64,000 nucleotides of DNA from Chloroflexota bacterium. Its GTDB lineage: Bacteria; Chloroflexota; Dehalococcoidia; Dehalococcoidales; UBA2162. This document shows, piece after piece, positions 58,628 to 64,000 of the stretch. Where the stretch lies: assembly GCA_016190825.1 (NCBI GenBank), contig JACPPV010000032.1, positions 4,364-68,363 of the forward strand. The letters run 5' to 3'. The first letter of the stretch is position 1. Each line of letters begins with the position of its first letter. A model generated the notes under the pieces. The model worked only from the letters and a program-made list of their open reading frames with translations. It ran no database searches and was not told the DNA's origin. The position numbers and the translations under genes are program-made.

Positions 58628-59197
58628 CTACCCCACAATAACATCTTCCAGCCTGCGCTTGGGGACGTGGTGGACACCATTGTCATCGCGCCAGTAGGCG
58701 GTCTTGCCGTCGGGGCCAACGGTCTCGATTACCACCGTTTCCTTTGGCTTGCCCAGTGCCAGCACCAGGAGTATCTCATATTTCTCCGGGATATTCAGGC
58801 TCGCCATCAGTTCCGGTCTCTTCGCTGAGCCAAGCATGACGCCGCCCAACCCCTTCTCCACCGCCCCCAGCAGGATGCTCTGCGCCGCGATGCCGTGGTC
58901 GCAGCCGAAGTTCTGGGTCGCCTCCTTATCGCCAAGAATAATGATATAGCCTGAGGGGCGTTCTCCTTCCGCCGGGCCGGACCAGTTGAGCTGACGGGCA
59001 AAGGTGAGGTGCTTGAATATTTTGGCGTTCCTTTCCGGCTCACAGGAAAGCATGAATCTTAACGCCTGCCGGTTTGTGCTGGATGCCGAGCATCTCGCCA
59101 GGTCAATGAGTTCCTTCAGGGTTTTCTCATCAATCCGATGGCTCTCATCAAAACGGCGATAGCTCCTGTTCCTGATTACCAGGTCTCTTAGTGTCAT
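58628..59197 (-). CDS. Nitroreductase family protein
   Basis: RNRSYRRF, SASSTNRQ, DHGIAAQSILLGAVEKGLG. Confidence 0.9.
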   Translation of the reverse strand: MTLRDLVIRNRSYRRFDESHRIDEKTLKELIDLARCSASSTNRQALRFMLSCEPERNAKIFKHLTFARQLNWSGPAEGERPSGYIIILGDKEATQNFGCDHGIAAQSILLGAVEKGLGGVMLGSAKRPELMASLNIPEKYEILLVLALGKPKETVVIETVGPDGKTAYWRDDNGVHHVPKRRLEDVIVG

Positions 59198-59262
59198 CTC
59201 ACTCTCCTTCTTTTATTGTCATTTCAGTCTCGATAGTCGACAGATTCGGGTAGGGCAGGAGT

Positions 59263-59445
59263 AGATTCCAGCCGGAGTTTACCCCGTACTTGATACGGGG
59301 CTGGAATGACAATAGCGGGACGGATTGCTTCGTCACTGCGTTCCTCGCAAAGACAGAATAGTTAGGCTCTCGGTATTCTCCTTTGGTTATTGTATCTTGT
59401 CCCTTGTCCTTTGTTACTTGCTACTTGCTACTTGTCACTTTGGTC
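59263..59445. repeat. REP-like palindromes followed by a 7-bp tandem repeat
   Basis: CCCCGTACTTGATACGGGG nested in ATTCCAGC..GCTGGAAT; GATTGCTTCG..CCTCGCAAAGACA; (CTTGCTA)-like array 59383-59440. Confidence 0.75.
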
Positions 59446-60753
59446 TTATTTGTATCTCTTCACCTCAAACCGGTAAAGGGTCTTCGGTTCGTCCGGGGAG
59501 ATGCCGCCCTTGAGGCAGCAGATGTTTATCTGCTCTTTAACGGTGTCCACGCCATCGAGGTCAGGGAGCAGAAGTCCCCGCCGCCACCCGCACTCCACAA
59601 TCGCTCCGTATTTTTTGCAGTCCAGGTAGCTTTCATCCAGCACCGGCTCCGGCCTGGTCAGCACGTCCACGCTGTATTCAAGGTCTGGCAATTCATGGGG
59701 TGCGATAGGGGGAAAGCGGGGGTCCCGCGTGGCGGAACTGATGGCGTTGACAATGATTTCCATGGCAACGTTCTCCTCGGTTGGCTCAAACGTGCCGATG
59801 CAGCCGCGCAGCTCGCCATGTTTATGGATGGAAACAAATACGCCCGCCCTTTCCCGCATCTCCGGGGGCAGTTCTCCGAGCCACGGTATATTGTGATTTT
59901 TGACATAGGTCTCCACCGTCTCCCTGGCCAGGCGGGTGATGCTTGACATCGCCCGAATGGTAATCCCCGCGTAGCCGACCACGCTGGAATAATCGCCGCT
60001 GACTTCGCCGCTGGTCTGGTATCTGACAAGCTCGGTGCTGCCTGCCCCGAGTTCTTTCGCCGCCGAAATGAGACAGGCAGCCGGGGCGAAGCCACACATT
60101 GATATGTCCGCGTCCCGTACCCGCCGCAACAATTCTTGCTCATTCAATTTCAGCATCGCCTCTATCGCCTGGGAGTCCTTCTCCCGCGCCGATTCCTGCG
60201 GCTCGTAGTGGGTCATATCGCTCGATGCGATTATCACCACCTTCCTGTTCAACTCTTGTACCGCGCGGGCGATCTCTTTGCCGATTTCACTGAAAACGCC
60301 AGCAGGAACATAACCGAGCACAATGGGCACCAGCTTGAAATCGGGGCGGAAATACTGCAAAAATGGAAGCTGCACCTCGATGGAATGCTCGTGCAAGTGC
60401 GCGCCGGTGTCCTCTTCCAGATGCTTTGAACTGGCCAGAACCTTTTTCGCCAGCTCGGAATCAACCTCAACATCGCCCAGTGGAGTTTTCCACATGCCTT
60501 CGGTCATGATGCTGAGCGGCTTGCCCAGACCGGTATGGTTGGGACCGATAATGATGAACGTGTCCTTGTGTTTGATCCGGGAAAATACGGCGCCGGCCAC
60601 GGTGCCCGAGTAAATATACCCCGCATGCGGTGAGACCACGCCGATGACATCCTCTTTTGGCAGGGTTTCGTCCACCATGCCTTTTATCATCGCCCTAAGC
60701 CGGTCGGGTGAAACGGGATAAAACTGTCCCGCTACGGCGGGATTTCTTATCAT
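59446..60753 (-). CDS. amrB: AmmeMemoRadiSam system protein B (Memo) fused to protein A (AMMECR1)
   Basis: [37 protein letters not shown]; C-terminal LRGCIGT, DPRFPP. Confidence 0.9.
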   Translation of the reverse strand: MIRNPAVAGQFYPVSPDRLRAMIKGMVDETLPKEDVIGVVSPHAGYIYSGTVAGAVFSRIKHKDTFIIIGPNHTGLGKPLSIMTEGMWKTPLGDVEVDSELAKKVLASSKHLEEDTGAHLHEHSIEVQLPFLQYFRPDFKLVPIVLGYVPAGVFSEIGKEIARAVQELNRKVVIIASSDMTHYEPQESAREKDSQAIEAMLKLNEQELLRRVRDADISMCGFAPAACLISAAKELGAGSTELVRYQTSGEVSGDYSSVVGYAGITIRAMSSITRLARETVETYVKNHNIPWLGELPPEMRERAGVFVSIHKHGELRGCIGTFEPTEENVAMEIIVNAISSATRDPRFPPIAPHELPDLEYSVDVLTRPEPVLDESYLDCKKYGAIVECGWRRGLLLPDLDGVDTVKEQINICCLKGGISPDEPKTLYRFEVKRYK

Positions 60754-60783
60754 CTTTAAATCTGTCCTCCTGAAATTCAACTT

Positions 60784-60893
60784 GTCATCGCGAGAAGCAC
60801 ATTCGCCTTGCTCAGTGTAAACTCCGCGATGTGGCGATCTAACGAATGAGGAATATGTTGCCGAGAGTTTGCCACGTTTCGCTCGCAATGACA
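60784..60893. repeat. REP-like long palindrome
   Basis: TGTCATCGCGAG..GTGGCGATCT..TTGCCAC..CTCGCAATGACA. Confidence 0.75.
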
Positions 60894-60921
60894 ACAATAA
60901 GACTAATGTTCTTGTTAGCCG

Positions 60922-61962
60922 TTAACCACTTTGATCATCTCCACTTTTGACCCTGAAGTCAAGCCTGGCGCCGCAATTGCGGCACTGCGAGCCGTCCAAA
61001 GCCACAATCCTGGTCTGGTAGCCGATCCTCTCCGCTATCAGCTCACCGCAAGAATAACAATAAGTATTTTCGTCCTTATGGCCGGGGATATTCCCCACAT
61101 AGACAAATTTGAGCCCCGCCTTAATGCCGATATCCCGGGCACGCTCGATGGTGGAAATTGGGGTGGGAGGCAACTCGCGCAGGCGATGGTGGGGATAGAA
61201 ACGGGTAACGTGCCATGGCGTAAGCTCGCCAAGCTCATCGTGTATCCAGCGGGAGATGCCCGAAAGCTGCTCATCGTCATCATTCATTGTCGGAATGATA
61301 TTGGTCACCACCTCCACATGCATTCCCCACTTTGTTTTGGCGCGTTTCGCTACATCGAGTATGTTACGCCAGCGGATCACCTTTGCCAGGTCACTGTAAA
61401 AAGCATCGGAAAAGCCCTTGATGTCCACACGCCAGGCATCCAGATATGGCCCGATGGTATCCATTGCCTCAGGGGTGGAGTAACCATTGGTCACATAAAC
61501 GGTGTACAGGCCATTTTCCTTAGCCAGCCGGGCGCAATCAAGCGTATATTCGAACCAGATGGCCGGCTCATTGTAAGTCCAGGCCATGCCCTGGCACTGG
61601 CTGCGCTTCGCGGCTTCTATGGCTTCTTTGGCGGACATCTCACGGCAGCCGAACTTGGCAGCGCTGGCTTCGGCCGTGGAGATTTCCCAGTTCTGGCAGT
61701 GCTTGCATTGGAAATTACAGCCCAGCGTACCCAGGGAAAAGACATCGCTCCCGGGGAAAAAATGAAACAACGGCTTCTTCTCGATTGGGTCGACCGCCAC
61801 CGCCGACACGCGGCCATAGTTCAGATTGTAAAGAATTCCGCCATTGTTCTGGTACATGCCGCAGACACCGAGCTTATCCGTACCAATGCGGCAGCGCCAC
61901 TGGCAGGTATGACAGCGCACCCGCGAATCAGTCAGCTTCTCGTAAATAAGCGCCTCGCGCAA
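60922..61962 (-). CDS. amrS: AmmeMemoRadiSam system radical SAM enzyme
   Basis: DPIEKKPLFHF, GCNFQCKHCQNWEIS, TYNEP, YVGNIPG; adjacent to amrB/A. Confidence 0.93.
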   Translation of the reverse strand: MREALIYEKLTDSRVRCHTCQWRCRIGTDKLGVCGMYQNNGGILYNLNYGRVSAVAVDPIEKKPLFHFFPGSDVFSLGTLGCNFQCKHCQNWEISTAEASAAKFGCREMSAKEAIEAAKRSQCQGMAWTYNEPAIWFEYTLDCARLAKENGLYTVYVTNGYSTPEAMDTIGPYLDAWRVDIKGFSDAFYSDLAKVIRWRNILDVAKRAKTKWGMHVEVVTNIIPTMNDDDEQLSGISRWIHDELGELTPWHVTRFYPHHRLRELPPTPISTIERARDIGIKAGLKFVYVGNIPGHKDENTYCYSCGELIAERIGYQTRIVALDGSQCRNCGARLDFRVKSGDDQSG

Positions 61963-62206
61963 TTTTCACCTACCTTCGTAATTATAGCATCGAGTAGCCC
62001 TTAAAATAAAAATTGGTTCGGACGTCGCTCAATATGTCCGTTCCATTTCTTGCCACTCCTGCCCCGTATCAAGTACGGGATAAGCTGCGGTGGGAATCTA
62101 CTCCCGTCCTGCTCCCGATCCATCGTGAGTTCCAAAAACCAAATTTTACGGGACCTCTTATCTTTGTCTCTCGTTTTCTTGGCATGAACATGGTAAAATG
62201 AATATC

Positions 62207-62220
62207 AGAACACATGTTCT
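62207..62220. promoter_or_regulatory. LexA (SOS) box
   Basis: AGAAC-ACAT-GTTCT just downstream of TGgTAAAAT, upstream of dinB. Confidence 0.88.
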
Positions 62221-62252
62221 TGGCGAAATAGAAAAACCGAGAAACAGGGCAT

Positions 62253-63476
62253 ATGTCTAACCGCACCATTATGCATATCGACCTAGACGCTTTTTTTGTC
62301 TCGGTCGAGCAGATAATGAACCCATCACTCCGGGGCAAACCGGTGGTGGTCGGTGGAAAGCCGGGCGGGAGGGGAGTGGTGGCCTGTGCGTCATACGAAG
62401 CAAGGGCTTTTGGCTTGCATGCCGGGATGCCCATATCCAGGGCTTACCGTCTCTGTCCCCAGGCAATCTTCATCGAGGGCGGTTATCCGAAATACCGCGA
62501 GGCTTCACGGAAGTTCATGCTCATCCTGGCTGATTTCTCGCCCTTTATTGAGCCAGTGGGTATTGATGAAGCCTACCTCGATGTCACTGGCTTTGAGTCC
62601 ATTCACGGCTCGATTCACCGGATGGCGGTGGCTATCAGGGAACGCACCAGAAAAGAGTTGGGGCTATGCGCCTCGGTGGGCATTGCCGGAGGCAAGGTGG
62701 TGGCGAAGGTCGCTTCTGAACTATCCAAACCAGATGGCTTGATTGAGGTGCCACCTGGCATGGATGCGGCTTTTCTATCACCCTTTTCCATTGACAGGCT
62801 GCCGGGAATCGGCGAGAGGACAGAGCAGGCGCTGAAGGGGCTGGGTATCAGGAGCATCGGTCAACTGGCCAGGTTGCCGCTAGAGGTTATGAAGAGGCAT
62901 TTCGGTGTCTATGGACAGGGCATACACCTTTGGGCGAATGGCATTGACGAAAGGAAGGTGGAGCTGCCCGGAGGGGTAAAGTCAATCAGCCGTGAAACCA
63001 CCTTTCCCGAAGATACAAGGAATAAAGTGGTCCTTAAAGCGATGCTGTGCTATCTTGCCGAAAGGGTGGCGGCTGAATTACGCGAACAGCAAAAGCGGGC
63101 GAAGTGCATCGCCATAAAGGTCCGCTATGCTGATTTCACCACCATAAGCCGCCAGCAGACCTCGCCGCAAAGCATGGATAGCGACCGGATGATATTCGGT
63201 AGCGGCGCCAGGCTGCTGGATAAGGCGCTACTGCTGGAAAGACAGCCGGTCCGCCTTGTCGGCATTGGCGCAAGCAACCTGGTGGAATTGGGCAGCCAGC
63301 TGAACATGTTCGACGCTTCGACGCAGAGGCAGGAGCAACTAAACCGGGCCGTTGACCGCATCCGCAAGAAATATGGCTTTACCGCCATCCAGACCGGCCG
63401 CACCCTGCCGCTAAAAGACCTTTTCCCCGAGACAGAGGCTGGCTATGCGCTTCATACAGCGAGTTTGTCACGGTAG
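62253..63476 (+). CDS. dinB: DNA polymerase IV
   Basis: HIDLDAFFVSVE, ASYEAR, GIDEAYLD, KPDG. Confidence 0.96.
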   Translation: MSNRTIMHIDLDAFFVSVEQIMNPSLRGKPVVVGGKPGGRGVVACASYEARAFGLHAGMPISRAYRLCPQAIFIEGGYPKYREASRKFMLILADFSPFIEPVGIDEAYLDVTGFESIHGSIHRMAVAIRERTRKELGLCASVGIAGGKVVAKVASELSKPDGLIEVPPGMDAAFLSPFSIDRLPGIGERTEQALKGLGIRSIGQLARLPLEVMKRHFGVYGQGIHLWANGIDERKVELPGGVKSISRETTFPEDTRNKVVLKAMLCYLAERVAAELREQQKRAKCIAIKVRYADFTTISRQQTSPQSMDSDRMIFGSGARLLDKALLLERQPVRLVGIGASNLVELGSQLNMFDASTQRQEQLNRAVDRIRKKYGFTAIQTGRTLPLKDLFPETEAGYALHTASLSR

Positions 63477-63598
63477 AACTGTTGTTCAGCTACCCTCTCC
63501 GCCGGAGTTTTTGGGGGGTTCAGCCTCTTCGAAACTACGCATTTATGATGGGAAGTAAAGAGATAGTCTGATGCGCACAGCTCTGGTTGAGTATCCTC

Positions 63599-63847
63599 TT
63601 ACACCTTCAACCCGAGGACTTCCTCGAAGGACTCCAGGTTGGGCTGGATGGCGTAGGACCGAACCATATCGGCGACTACTTCCTGGGTTCGGGGGTCAGC
63701 GCCCGGCTTCTGCCGGCTGTAGATGATGCGCGCCCCTACCCCATACCCCCCGATGAAGTCCCAGTAAAGCTTTTCATCAAAGACCTCGCTGGTTATCTCA
63801 CCCGTTGCAAGGTTGACCCAGAGATTCTTGCCCATGTAGCCCGCCAT
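63599..63847 (-). pseudogene. Truncated aldehyde:ferredoxin oxidoreductase N-terminus with an unrelated tail
   Basis: MAGYMGK.L.VNL..G....FIGGYGVGA..PGADP matches an AOR start, then stops at 82 aa. Confidence 0.7.
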
Positions 63848-64000
63848 ACAACACCCCCTTCGGTTTCTAGGGTAAGTTTAGAGAAGAGGAATGGGGGGTG
63901 TCAAATTTGCAAGTAGCAGTTTAGTGCGGGAATCTTGGTGAAAAAAGCCCGGGTTCAGTTCAGTCGTGGTTGACGCTTATTTAGGGGAGATGTAGAATGG

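Noticed and set aside
60754-60897. N-terminal extension of AmrB in the ORF track
   Set aside because: It is mostly a translated palindromic repeat; the AGGAGG SD supports the start at 60753.
1-64000. CRISPR array or cas genes
   Set aside because: No regularly spaced repeats with unique spacers; the repeats present are palindromic REP/MITE-like elements or gene-end duplicates.

Overview
Bacterial chromosomal window, most likely Dehalococcoidia (Chloroflexota). This is inferred from gene content, a Gram-positive-type LexA box (AGAAC-N4-GTTCT) at dinB, and nested palindromic repeats. The backbone is housekeeping: lepA, hom, prfA-prmC, tRNA-Asp, queF, radA, pheST, hppA, panG-D-B-C, kamA, thrS-infC-rpmI-rplT, rarA, amrS/amrB-A and dinB. 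Accessory blocks are a Met-rich metal-response two-component cluster, three toxin-antitoxin pairs, a MoxR/DUF58 operon and a glycan-modification cluster. Most notable observations: (1) an orphan, catalytically intact terminase small/large pair with no other phage genes. It has a LexA-like box over its promoter, an apparent ATT start, and a stop codon embedded in the hom -35 box, suggesting a domesticated, possibly SOS-inducible GTA-like packaging module. (2) Accessory cassettes stacked at radA and rarA, separated by degenerate duplicates of the host gene end. (3) An unannotated Phe-rich leader peptide/attenuator before pheST. (4) A stand-alone sORF plus structured RNA unit, a small basic THX-like ORF, and a shared TACAC-N6-GTGTA operator. 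All calls come from reading the sequence by eye; no searches were run.
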